A stretch of DNA of 64,000 bases from OCS116 cluster bacterium AG-435-F03 (GTDB lineage Bacteria; Pseudomonadota; Alphaproteobacteria; MED-G09), in contig QCOV01000001.1 in the NCBI GenBank assembly GCA_003212795.1, forward strand, positions 624,893 through 688,892, read 5' to 3'. The translations under genes and the position numbers were made by a program. Of this stretch, positions 11,961 through 21,519 are shown piece after piece; position 1 is the stretch's first letter, and every line of letters begins with the position of its first letter. The notes beneath the pieces are model-generated. The model saw only the letters and a program-made list of their open reading frames with translations. It was not told the origin of the DNA and did no database searches.

Positions 11961-13334
11961 ATGCCACACGACAAAGTAAACGAAGATACAGCTAAATGCC
12001 CTATGTCTTTAGATGAAGTAGATCTATTTGAACCTGGGGCACAAAATTTTTGGTATGACTCATATAAAATTCTTCATAAAGAATCTCCAGTACATAAAAT
12101 TCCAGGTGAAGGGACATCTCCTGATACCGATGGTTTTATATTATCCAAATACGAAGATATTGCTTTTGTTGTAAAAGACATTCTAAGATTTCCTCCTCCT
12201 GTAATGAAAAATACAGACCTTGAGAAAGCTGGCGTTAGCGGTTTTAATGCAGAAAAAGATGATATGGATAAAGAAAAATTACCTGCAAGCAGTGTAGTAA
12301 GTAGACATGATCCAAGTCTCATGAATGCATTTCAAGTTTCAATACAAAGTTTAAGGCCTAATGAAGAATTATGGAAAGCACACAAAAGACAATTAACTGA
12401 TCCTTGGGTAGGGCCTGGGGCCTACAGACATGAAAAAATGGTAACCGAGGCAACAAATAAATTAATAGATAATTGGATAAACAAGGATAAATTTGACTTT
12501 GTATCTGAGTTTGCTATGCCCTTACCTCAAATAGTCATGGCAAACATTATAGGATTCCCACTTGAAGACATTCCGTTTCATAAAAAATGGGGTGACGCTA
12601 TGGTTATGCCTTTTGTTTATGGAAAAGGACACAGAAATCTTTTAACAAAAGATCAATCTGATGAGCAACAAGTGCTTTTAAAAGATTTTGGTAATTATGT
12701 AATTGATCAATTAGAAGAAAAGAAAAAGAATCCCAAAGAAGATATGTTATCTTTCTTGTTAGATGTTACCTATGAACCCTTTGATAGAAAACTTACAGAT
12801 ACGGAAATTATTGGCGTTGCATATGCAATGATAATTGGAGGATTGGAAACAACTCAATATGCAATTGCACATCAGGCTGTTATGTTGATAGATGATCCTG
12901 ATCTATATGTTGATTTAGATAAAAATCGGGAAAAAATAAACGCTTTTGTTGAGGAATCCTTGAGAGTCAAAGCACCTACCCAGGGTCTATCAACGCGAAT
13001 GACAACTCGAGATGAGGTTTTTCAAGGAGTTGAGGTTCCTAAGGGCTCGATACTTCATCTTCGATATGGTGCAGCAAATGTAGATCCTGATACATTTGAG
13101 TGCCCTCATGAAATCAACCTTAATAGAAAAGCCCTAACTAGACACCTAACCTTTTCTCAAGGACATAGAACATGTCCTGGAAATGGAATCTCTAGGCTAG
13201 AACAAAATATAGCGTGGAATTGTCTTATGGATAGAATTGAAAAGTTTGAATATACATCAGAAACAAAAATTGAATACCAACCTGGCATCATGTTAGGTAC
13301 ATTAGAATTACTTTTAAACTTTTCAAAGAAATAG
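11961..13334 (+). CDS. cytochrome P450
   Basis: 457 aa with the heme-thiolate loop FSQGHRTCPGNGISRLE (FxxGxRxCxG) and an ESLR-type K-helix. Confidence 0.9.
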   Translation: MPHDKVNEDTAKCPMSLDEVDLFEPGAQNFWYDSYKILHKESPVHKIPGEGTSPDTDGFILSKYEDIAFVVKDILRFPPPVMKNTDLEKAGVSGFNAEKDDMDKEKLPASSVVSRHDPSLMNAFQVSIQSLRPNEELWKAHKRQLTDPWVGPGAYRHEKMVTEATNKLIDNWINKDKFDFVSEFAMPLPQIVMANIIGFPLEDIPFHKKWGDAMVMPFVYGKGHRNLLTKDQSDEQQVLLKDFGNYVIDQLEEKKKNPKEDMLSFLLDVTYEPFDRKLTDTEIIGVAYAMIIGGLETTQYAIAHQAVMLIDDPDLYVDLDKNREKINAFVEESLRVKAPTQGLSTRMTTRDEVFQGVEVPKGSILHLRYGAANVDPDTFECPHEINLNRKALTRHLTFSQGHRTCPGNGISRLEQNIAWNCLMDRIEKFEYTSETKIEYQPGIMLGTLELLLNFSKK

Positions 13335-13404
13335 TTTTCTAATGAATGTTTAAGTTTACCTTTATAAGTGATTAGTGTATTTAAAATTTATTTTAAACCT
13401 GAAT

Positions 13405-13480
13405 GCCGACTTAGCTCAACTGGTAGAGCACCTGATTTGTAATCAGGGGGTTGGGGGTTCAAGTCCCTCAGTCGGCACCA
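13405..13480 (+). tRNA. tRNA-Thr (anticodon TGT)
   Basis: gccgact/agtcggc acceptor stem, anticodon loop TTTGTAA, T-loop ttcaagt, encoded CCA. Confidence 0.9.
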
Positions 13481-13722
13481 TTCATATAATAAGATGTTTA
13501 TTTTAATTGTATTAGTTTCTTTTTTAGTTTTTTATTTTATCTTTAGTTATCTCTATAAACTCCTTAATAAAAAACAAAATAAGTCAAACACCTTAGAAGC
13601 CATTGTTTTTTATTTATTCTTTTTTAGGTTAATTTCTGTTGCATTGATGGTAGGTTTTGTTCTTTATTGGATTGCTGGTGTATTTTAGTAATTGGTGAAA
13701 ATAAAATTAATGTAAAATAATT

Positions 13723-14661
13723 ATGAAAACATTTAAAAATAAAGTTGCTTTAATTACTGGTGCTGCATCTGGAATGGGAAGATATCTTGCGATTAATCTA
13801 GCAAAAGAAGGTGCTGATGTTGTTATTTGTGACGTGGATGAGTCTGGTTTAAAGGAGACAGAAACATTAATTAAAGCTTACAATGTAGGCTCTAGCTCTT
13901 TATTGCTGGATGTGAGAGATAAAAAAGAAGTTGAAGAACTTCCTACAAAAATAATAGAAAATCATGGAAAAATAGATTTAGTCTTTAACAATGCAGGAGT
14001 TGTCATACCTACTGGATTCCTAAATATGAATGAAGAGGACTGGAATTGGTGTAATGATATTAATTACAATAGCATAATAAACTTCTCTAGATCATTTTTA
14101 CCTCACCTTATGAAAGAAGAAAAAACAGCGTTAATAAATACCTCATCTATTTTTGGAATAATAACCACACCTAACAATACTGTTTATCATGCATCTAAAT
14201 TTGCAGTTAGGGGTTTCACAGAAAGCTTGGCCAAAGAAATGGAGGGCTCTAATACACAAATCCATTGTGTTTACCCTGGTCATATAGGAACAAATATAGC
14301 AGTGAACGCAAAATTTGGTGATCAGGTCGTAAAAGGTGAAAGCAAAGAAGGTATATTAGGTCTTAATGGAGAACCAGTAAAAGACATAAAAGGAAATCAA
14401 GTCTCAGAAAAAGAGGCCGGAATTAGGTTTCGAGATGCTGGAATGGATCCTGATAAAGCTGCACAGATAATTCTTAAAGGTATCAAAAAAAATAAGAAAA
14501 GAATTTTTGTTGGAATTGACGCAAAGTTAATGGAAATATCTCAGAGAATATTTCCTGATAGTTACTGGAGAATGATGCCTATTACACTTTTATTTGGCCT
14601 ACTCCTATCGCCACATAGACTAAAAAAGGCATTTCAATTGACTAGAAAGAAAAAAGATTAA
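13723..14661 (+). CDS. short-chain dehydrogenase/reductase (SDR)
   Basis: 312 aa with Rossmann motif TGAASGMGR, NNAG, YHASK catalytic pair and a long C-terminal tail. Confidence 0.85.
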   Translation: MKTFKNKVALITGAASGMGRYLAINLAKEGADVVICDVDESGLKETETLIKAYNVGSSSLLLDVRDKKEVEELPTKIIENHGKIDLVFNNAGVVIPTGFLNMNEEDWNWCNDINYNSIINFSRSFLPHLMKEEKTALINTSSIFGIITTPNNTVYHASKFAVRGFTESLAKEMEGSNTQIHCVYPGHIGTNIAVNAKFGDQVVKGESKEGILGLNGEPVKDIKGNQVSEKEAGIRFRDAGMDPDKAAQIILKGIKKNKKRIFVGIDAKLMEISQRIFPDSYWRMMPITLLFGLLLSPHRLKKAFQLTRKKKD

Positions 14662-15644
14662 GCGTTAGCGTAGCTTTTTAATCGTTGATTAATTATTTCA
14701 TCAGCTTCTTGCATGATTGTATCAATCAGCTCTTTGCATGTTGGTACATCATGAATTAAACCAGCAACCATTCCACAGCTCCAAGCAGCAGCCTCAAGAT
14801 CACCATCTCTTAATACTCTCTCCGAACCAGCTACCAGAGGTCTAATTTCCTCAAGTAAAGCATTAGGGTCATTATTATCTTTATGATTAGCTTCAATTTC
14901 CATAATTTCATCAACTGCTTTGTTAACAAGAACTCTTTCTGTATTTCTCAGAGGCCTCATAACTAATCGTGTCTCTAGCTCGGATGCCTCAACTAAACGT
15001 TGTTTTACATTATCATGAACAGGTGCCTCTTTAGTGGCAATAAATCTTGTGCCCATATTCATTCCTTCAGCCCCAAAAGCTAGAGCTGAAACAAGACTTC
15101 TTGCGTTAGCCATTCCACCAGATGCAACAAAAGGTATTTTTAATTCTTCAGCTGCTCTTGGCAGAAGGATGCCATTAGGCACATCATCTTCACCAGGGTG
15201 TCCACCGCATTCAAAACCATCCACGCTAACAGCATCACATCCTATAGCTTCAGCTTTCAATGAATGTCTTACGGAAGTACATTTATGAATTACTTTAATA
15301 TCTGCTTCCTTTAGTTGGGGCATATATTTTTCAGGATTACGTCCTGCTGTTTCAACTATTTTAATTCCACCTTGAATAATTGCATCTATATACTCATCAT
15401 AAGGAGGGTCTTTAAATGACGGAATAAATGTAAGATTTACTCCAAATGGTTTATCGGTCATATCGTGACATTTTGCTATTTCATTCGCTAAATCTTTTGG
15501 AGTTGGTTGGGTTAGTGCAGTAATAATTCCTAGTCCCCCAGCATTAGAAACTGCAGCAACTAACTCTGAAAATCCTACAAAATGCATACCACCCTGAATA
15601 ATTGGATGCTCAATATTAAATAGTTCTGTAATTCTGGTTTTCAT
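14658..15644 (-). CDS. nitronate monooxygenase (NMO)/FabK-like FMN-dependent oxidoreductase
   Basis: 328 aa TIM-barrel FMN protein with the NMO-family N-terminus (ITELFNIEHPIIQGGMHFVGFSELVAAVSNAGGLGII). Confidence 0.8.
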   Translation of the reverse strand: MKTRITELFNIEHPIIQGGMHFVGFSELVAAVSNAGGLGIITALTQPTPKDLANEIAKCHDMTDKPFGVNLTFIPSFKDPPYDEYIDAIIQGGIKIVETAGRNPEKYMPQLKEADIKVIHKCTSVRHSLKAEAIGCDAVSVDGFECGGHPGEDDVPNGILLPRAAEELKIPFVASGGMANARSLVSALAFGAEGMNMGTRFIATKEAPVHDNVKQRLVEASELETRLVMRPLRNTERVLVNKAVDEIMEIEANHKDNNDPNALLEEIRPLVAGSERVLRDGDLEAAAWSCGMVAGLIHDVPTCKELIDTIMQEADEIINQRLKSYANA

Positions 15645-15659
15645 TTTGTCCTCACAATA

Positions 15660-16856
15660 TTAGAATAATGACGGTAGTTTACTATCTTCAGTATTTATAA
15701 TTTTATCTACCCATTTGTGGAAAACTTGGCCACCACCCTCATTCCTACCAAACATAACATGGTCAATTAGACCTGTTTTTAAGCTTTTTTGTAATCTAAG
15801 ACCTGTTCCATAGTCTTCAGTTTCAACAACATATTTTAGAAGATCAAATTGTTTATGAGCTTCTTCAGCTTGTTTTTCATTCGGTTCTTTTTCCATTAAA
15901 TAAAATTGATTTGTTACTGATTCTTCAGGTCTATCTCCAGGCAATAACTGTGAAAGCATTATGCTACGCCCACCTCCATTAAAAGAAGCTATTGAAACAT
16001 GAGGAAAAATTGTCCAAACACCAGCCATTAAAACATCCAAGGGCCATTCTTCTACAGAATTTTCATAATGATCTTTTCCGTCATTATTAAAATCATTTTG
16101 TTCAGGCAGTCTATAGGGCGATATAGCTCTTTGATGGGGACCCCATTCATAGTAATTAGCTTGATTTGAGAAACTATCTCCAAAAGTATCTTTATGTAAA
16201 ACAGGGAGATGGTAAAGGTCTAAATAACCATCATATGCTACCTTCCAATTTGGACCATTCACTGATCTAGTTTCAAAAACATGCCAATTTTCTAGTCCAA
16301 AAAGAGATAACATTTTATCATATCCAGAAAGGTAGTCTTGAATATTTAAATTTGATTTAGGATCTAATGTAACCCAAATAATTCCTTCTTTCTCAAGTGA
16401 TGGTAAGGAAATCAATCCATTGCATGATTTATCTATTTCTCCAAATTCATGGGCAGATGCAACGCCCATAAGAGCGCCTTCATCATTATATGTCCAACCA
16501 TGATAAGGGCAAGAAAAGCGTTTCTGATTTCCTGTTCCCGGCTCAACTAAAGCAGCACCTCTATGTCGACATGCATTAAGAAATGCAGAAATTTTACCTT
16601 TTTTATTTCTTAAAATAATTACAGGTACACCAACAACTTCCATGGCCTTATAATCTCCAGGATTTGGAATTTCACTTGTCACGGAAAGAACTAGAGGTAA
16701 TCTTTTGAAAATTAGATCAACTTCTTTTTTCCATCTTACTGGATCATAATAATTCTCTGCTGGAATCTTAACTACATCATCAACAAGAGTCATCGTGCCT
16801 TTTTCAGCATGATCTTTGTTAATTCGGGCCATTTCAAATAATTTTTCTTTACTCAT
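15660..16856 (-). CDS. Rieske [2Fe-2S] non-heme iron oxygenase, alpha-subunit-only type (KshA/GbcA-like)
   Basis: 398 aa with Rieske motif CRHRG...CPYHGW and mononuclear iron motif NWKVAYDGYLDLYHLPVLH. No beta subunit gene follows. Confidence 0.88.
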   Translation of the reverse strand: MSKEKLFEMARINKDHAEKGTMTLVDDVVKIPAENYYDPVRWKKEVDLIFKRLPLVLSVTSEIPNPGDYKAMEVVGVPVIILRNKKGKISAFLNACRHRGAALVEPGTGNQKRFSCPYHGWTYNDEGALMGVASAHEFGEIDKSCNGLISLPSLEKEGIIWVTLDPKSNLNIQDYLSGYDKMLSLFGLENWHVFETRSVNGPNWKVAYDGYLDLYHLPVLHKDTFGDSFSNQANYYEWGPHQRAISPYRLPEQNDFNNDGKDHYENSVEEWPLDVLMAGVWTIFPHVSIASFNGGGRSIMLSQLLPGDRPEESVTNQFYLMEKEPNEKQAEEAHKQFDLLKYVVETEDYGTGLRLQKSLKTGLIDHVMFGRNEGGGQVFHKWVDKIINTEDSKLPSLF

Positions 16857-16904
16857 AATATGCTTTTAACAAAATTAAACTAAAAATTCAAAAAATATAA
16901 AAAT

Positions 16905-17684
16905 TTAAGCTCTTTTTATTGTTAAACCTCCATCAACTGGTAAAACAGCACCATTTATAAAGGAAGATGAAGGTAGACAGAAATTTAAAGTTGCATGAGC
17001 AACTTCCTCGGGCTCTCCATATCTTTTTAAGGGAACTCTCCTTTTTGCATAAACCTCTTTATCTTTTTCAGGAATTTTTTCAGTCATTCCTGTTCTTATA
17101 GGGCCTGGGCATATACAATTAATTGTAATTCCACTTGAACCTAATTCAACTGCTAAAGATTTTGTTAAACCGATAACACCATGTTTCGCTGAAGTATATG
17201 GTGATTGTCTTGGGGTTGCGCCCAATCCTTCAGTAGATGAAATATTTACAATTCGACCTGATTCCGATTTCTTAATATAAGGCAAAACTTCTCTAATCAA
17301 TTGGACTTGGGCTTTTAATAAAACATTAAATGTATTATCCCAATATTCCTCATAATTATCATCACTTATTGTTGTAGGAATTGAAATTCCAGCATTATTA
17401 ATAAGAATATCAATACCCCCAAACCTTTTGACTACCTCATTTACGGTAGATTTGATTTCATCAGAATTAGTTACATCAAGTTTAATCCCAAAACATTTTT
17501 TTCCATGACTTAAAATATCTTTAACAACTTCATTTATTTTATCTTGACTTAGATCAGTTACAATAACTTGAGCTCCTTCTTCTGAAAAAAGTTTAGCTGT
17601 AGCAAGGCCCATACCACTCGTTGCTCCAGTTATAATAGCTATCTTATTTTCAATAGATCTAGAAAGTTCAGTCAATTTATTCAT
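16905..17684 (-). CDS. SDR family oxidoreductase
   Basis: 259 aa with ITGATSGMG, NNAG and YTSAKHGV. Confidence 0.88.
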   Translation of the reverse strand: MNKLTELSRSIENKIAIITGATSGMGLATAKLFSEEGAQVIVTDLSQDKINEVVKDILSHGKKCFGIKLDVTNSDEIKSTVNEVVKRFGGIDILINNAGISIPTTISDDNYEEYWDNTFNVLLKAQVQLIREVLPYIKKSESGRIVNISSTEGLGATPRQSPYTSAKHGVIGLTKSLAVELGSSGITINCICPGPIRTGMTEKIPEKDKEVYAKRRVPLKRYGEPEEVAHATLNFCLPSSSFINGAVLPVDGGLTIKRA

Positions 17685-17773
17685 TTATCGCCAATTTTAT
17701 CTAATAATTTTAACATTATAAACATAAGACCTATAGCAACAACTAGTCCTAAAAACGCCATAAAAAAACCCAT
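17682..17773 (-). CDS. candidate 30-aa hydrophobic micro-protein (MGFFMAFLGLVVAIGLMFIMLKLLDKIGDK)
   Basis: Fills the gap between the Fe-ADH stop and the SDR start. AAGGAT SD sits 6 nt upstream of its ATG, and its stop overlaps the SDR start (gatAAATGA). A single predicted TM helix. Short AT-rich ORFs are easily spurious. Confidence 0.3.
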
Positions 17774-17776
17774 AAT

Positions 17777-18919
17777 CTATCCTTTCTCAGCAAAATCAAG
17801 TATTTGATAAACATCATCAGCTTTAGTTATTGGCTTAGGATTTGATAAAACTATCTGATGCTCGAGCGCATATTCAACTATCTTATCATATAATTCACTA
17901 CCAATACCAACATCTGCAAGTTTTGATGGCAAACCTAAATCAACGATTAATTCTTTTACAGCTTCATGTGCTTTTAAATTAGGCCTTCCTAGGGCTGATG
18001 CAATCATTTTATCTTTTTCTGGATGATGATCTTCATTCCATTTTAATACTGCAGGTAACATTACACATGAGGTTTGACCATGAGGAACAGAACCAAGAGA
18101 ACCAAGAAGATAACCTATTCCGTGACTTGCACCCATCATTACATTCCCCATATTTTTTGCAACAATCCATACTGCTTTTTGTGACTGTGAGCGTGCCTCA
18201 ATATTATTTAAATCCTTTTTTGTTTTTCGAAGTGAATTTGAAAATATTCTTAGAGCTTCTATAGCATTATGGGAAATCATTGGATTTTTAGAAATTGAAC
18301 AAAAGCCTTCAACGGCATGATCAACAGATCTAATAGCCGTAGACAACCATAACCATTCTGGAGTATGGGCAGAAATATGTGGGTCGAGAATTACAACTTT
18401 AGGACATATATCAGAACCAAAATAACCTTGTTTAAGTTTTTTTTTAGTATCCATAGCCCCTCCAACTACAGAGTACTCTCCTCCAGATAGTGTAGTTGGA
18501 ACAGCAATCTGTCTAATATTTGATGTAATATTTTGCATATTACCAGATATTTTTTTTAATTCTTCTGCACTATCAATGTCTAAAGTAATGCATAGCTGAA
18601 CAACTTTTACAGTATCTATAGGGGTTCCACCTCCAATCGTTAATATAATATCTGGATTAGCTTTTTTTACTTCTTTTGCGCATTCAAGAACATTTTCAAT
18701 TGGAGAATGCTCTTTACATCGATCAAATATCCCTACCAATTTACTTCCAAGAATATCTTTGATTTTTTCAATTTCTTTTGTCTTTTTTGATAAGGTTGAT
18801 GATGCGACAATAAAAATTTTATTAATATTCATACTCTCTATTTCTAGAGGAATTATTTCTTCCAATTTATGATCACAGTAAACTCTCTCAAGAGGAGAAT
18901 ATGAAAAGGACTGAATCAT
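17777..18919 (-). CDS. iron-containing alcohol dehydrogenase family (maleylacetate reductase-like)
   Basis: 380 aa with the Fe-ADH NAD-binding motif GGGTPIDTVK and metal-binding His residues. Confidence 0.85.
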   Translation of the reverse strand: MIQSFSYSPLERVYCDHKLEEIIPLEIESMNINKIFIVASSTLSKKTKEIEKIKDILGSKLVGIFDRCKEHSPIENVLECAKEVKKANPDIILTIGGGTPIDTVKVVQLCITLDIDSAEELKKISGNMQNITSNIRQIAVPTTLSGGEYSVVGGAMDTKKKLKQGYFGSDICPKVVILDPHISAHTPEWLWLSTAIRSVDHAVEGFCSISKNPMISHNAIEALRIFSNSLRKTKKDLNNIEARSQSQKAVWIVAKNMGNVMMGASHGIGYLLGSLGSVPHGQTSCVMLPAVLKWNEDHHPEKDKMIASALGRPNLKAHEAVKELIVDLGLPSKLADVGIGSELYDKIVEYALEHQIVLSNPKPITKADDVYQILDFAEKG

Positions 18920-19840
18920 TTATTTGTCAGATATAAAATCGGCTATTGCATCAAGTGCTTCATTAGCTTCAGGTAAAAAAGGTGCATAACCATGAAAAAC
19001 ATGCACCATATCATCCCAAACTTCTAACTTAACGTCACAACCAGATGACTCTGCGCTTTCAGCAACTTTTTTTGAATCATCTAATAAAACTTCTCTTCCC
19101 CCTACTTGGATAAGCAAGGGTGGAAAGCCTTCATAATTACCATAGACAGGTGATGCATATGGATTTATTAGATCAGATTCATCTTTGATATAAAGATCCC
19201 GAAATGCTGCTATTGCATCCTTTGAAATATATGGATCAATATCTGCATTAGTATCATAAGTTTCAGAAACAGGATCTAATTCTGCCCATGGAGATAAAGG
19301 TATTACAGCATTTGGAAGCTCAGAGTTATCATCCTTCAAAGCCAATGTAACCCCTAAGGATAAGCCTCCACCAGCCGAATCTCCGGATATATAAGATTTA
19401 GTACATTTTCCACTACCATTTGGTCCATTATTTAACATCCACAAAAAAGCTTTTTTAGAGTCATTTACTCCATGAGGAAATTTTAATTCTGGTGCTAGTG
19501 AATAATCTATTAAAAGTATAGAACATCCAGTTTTTTCGGCAATTTGGCTAGTAAGAGAGAGGTAACCTCTTATAGTTCCAATTGCATAACCACCACCATG
19601 TAAATATAAAATTCTTTTATCAGGATCTGAGTTCTCAGCCATAACCCATTGACCATAAATACCATCAACATTAACTGGAGAAGCGCTGCCAGTAGGCCTA
19701 ATACTACTATCAGCATTAAAATAATCATCAACAGTATATCTAAAGTGCTTCATCCCAAGTCTTTCATCATCTAATGAAAAGAAAGTTTTAACCAATTCTT
19801 CCTGATGTTTAATAACTAATTTATTTTGCTCTGAACTCAT
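18920..19840 (-). CDS. alpha/beta-hydrolase esterase/lipase, hormone-sensitive-lipase (HSL) family
   Basis: 306 aa with oxyanion-hole motif HGGGY and nucleophile elbow GDSAGG; Asp/His of the triad lie near the C-terminus. Confidence 0.88.
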   Translation of the reverse strand: MSSEQNKLVIKHQEELVKTFFSLDDERLGMKHFRYTVDDYFNADSSIRPTGSASPVNVDGIYGQWVMAENSDPDKRILYLHGGGYAIGTIRGYLSLTSQIAEKTGCSILLIDYSLAPELKFPHGVNDSKKAFLWMLNNGPNGSGKCTKSYISGDSAGGGLSLGVTLALKDDNSELPNAVIPLSPWAELDPVSETYDTNADIDPYISKDAIAAFRDLYIKDESDLINPYASPVYGNYEGFPPLLIQVGGREVLLDDSKKVAESAESSGCDVKLEVWDDMVHVFHGYAPFLPEANEALDAIADFISDK

Positions 19841-19856
19841 TTAAGCCCCCTTTAAT

Positions 19857-20588
19857 TTATAAACTCATACCACCATCTGATGTGATCATTTGTCCAGTTA
19901 TATAACTAGCTCCATCACTACATAAAAAACATGCGAGCTCTCCCATATCTTCAGGAGTACCCCATCTTCCTAATGGTATTCTTTTAAGTGAGTCATCATA
20001 TCTTTTCTTATTTTTAAAAGTAACCTCAGTTAATTTAGTTGCAACAAATCCTGGAGCGATACCGTTAACTCTTATATTGTTTTCAGCCCAGGCCTCTGCA
20101 AGGGTTTTAATCAAAGTGAGTAATCCACCCTTTGATGCAGAATATGCTGGATTACCTTTTACAGAATGATAGCTAGCTCCAGATCCAATAATTATTATTG
20201 ACCCATTACTTTTAGATAATTTATCTTGAAAAAAAGAACATGAGGCCATTATAGAATTTAAATTTAAATCAACCACTTTCTTAAATGTATCCATTTCAAA
20301 TTCTTTTCTTTTATATGCTACGATACCTTGAGAACAAATTAAGTGATCTAAGTCATTAAACGGTAAATCTAAATTATTTAGATTATCATGATTAGAAAGA
20401 TCCAGTTTTTGATAATTACACTTTTCTATATTTTGAGAAATTCTTTCTTCATAATCTTCAATTGAGTCTCTTGTACCTGTAATACAAACATTCGCATTAT
20501 ATTTGATAAAGCTTTCAGCAATTCCTCTTCCAATTCCACTACTGCCACCTATAACTAAGATGTTTTTATTATCAAAACCTTGAGACAT
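19857..20588 (-). CDS. SDR family oxidoreductase
   Basis: 243 aa with VIGGSSGIGRG and YSASKGG. Confidence 0.85.
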   Translation of the reverse strand: MSQGFDNKNILVIGGSSGIGRGIAESFIKYNANVCITGTRDSIEDYEERISQNIEKCNYQKLDLSNHDNLNNLDLPFNDLDHLICSQGIVAYKRKEFEMDTFKKVVDLNLNSIMASCSFFQDKLSKSNGSIIIIGSGASYHSVKGNPAYSASKGGLLTLIKTLAEAWAENNIRVNGIAPGFVATKLTEVTFKNKKRYDDSLKRIPLGRWGTPEDMGELACFLCSDGASYITGQMITSDGGMSL

Positions 20589-21367
20589 TATGCTGAGTAA
20601 CCACCATCAACAGGGATAGATTGACCGCTTATATAACCAGCATTTTCTGATGCGAGAAAAACTACAGTATCAAATAACTCTTCTGGAGCGCCTGCTCTTC
20701 CAAGCGGGACTTGCTGCATCCATTGATCCAATATTCCACCAGGTGGAGAATCGATTTCTTGAGATAACCCTACAGCAATTAATCCAACAGCAACGCAATT
20801 TGCCCTTATGCCGTTATGACCTTCCTCTCTTGAAATTGCTGTACATAAATGTTGAACACCAGACTTAGGAACAGAAGATAAACCATCTGTGCTTATATAT
20901 TTATGAATAGCGGCTGTAGTTAACGCCGTAATTGATCCTCCTCCTCCTTCTTTTAAGACAGGAACAACAGATCTTAAAACATGATAAAATCCCTTAATAT
21001 CAGTATCTAAAGTTTTATAAACATCTTCTGGATTAGCATCCAATATAGGCATTATGTGAAGAAAAGGACCTGTAGCAAAAACTACAGAATGAATTCTACC
21101 AAATTCTTTCTGACTAGATTTAACGAAGCTTTCAACTTTTGATGCGTCCAAAAGATCTACACTAGACGAAAATCCTTTTTGACCATTTTCCTCAATTTTT
21201 GAAATATTTTCTTTTGCAGCTTCCTCATTATTTAAATATGTAAAAGCTACATCAGTTCCACATTTACTAAGAAGATCAACAATTCCGGAACCTAATCCAC
21301 CTGAACCACCGAATACAATAGCTGCACCATCAGAAAATCTATATTTTGTCATACCCAATTCCTCCAT
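20588..21367 (-). CDS. SDR family oxidoreductase
   Basis: 259 aa with VFGGSGGLGSG. One-nt overlap with the downstream SDR. Confidence 0.8.
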   Translation of the reverse strand: MEELGMTKYRFSDGAAIVFGGSGGLGSGIVDLLSKCGTDVAFTYLNNEEAAKENISKIEENGQKGFSSSVDLLDASKVESFVKSSQKEFGRIHSVVFATGPFLHIMPILDANPEDVYKTLDTDIKGFYHVLRSVVPVLKEGGGGSITALTTAAIHKYISTDGLSSVPKSGVQHLCTAISREEGHNGIRANCVAVGLIAVGLSQEIDSPPGGILDQWMQQVPLGRAGAPEELFDTVVFLASENAGYISGQSIPVDGGYSA

Positions 21368-21519
21368 AATTTATCAAAGCATATTAAACAAAAGCTTAAA
21401 AGATTTATTTAGTATAAATTTGCATAATAATAATTATAAAAAAAACTTTTATAAAACTTTCAATATTGCAAGAAATATTATGCATGCTATTCTGTTTTTG
21501 GTTTTAATGAGGCTTTTAA

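Noticed and set aside
13494-13688. 64-aa hydrophobic ORF after tRNA-Thr as a real gene
   Set aside because: The sequence is poly-Phe/Leu/Ile from a T-rich tract and no SD is evident. Kept only as a note under the tRNA-Thr finding.
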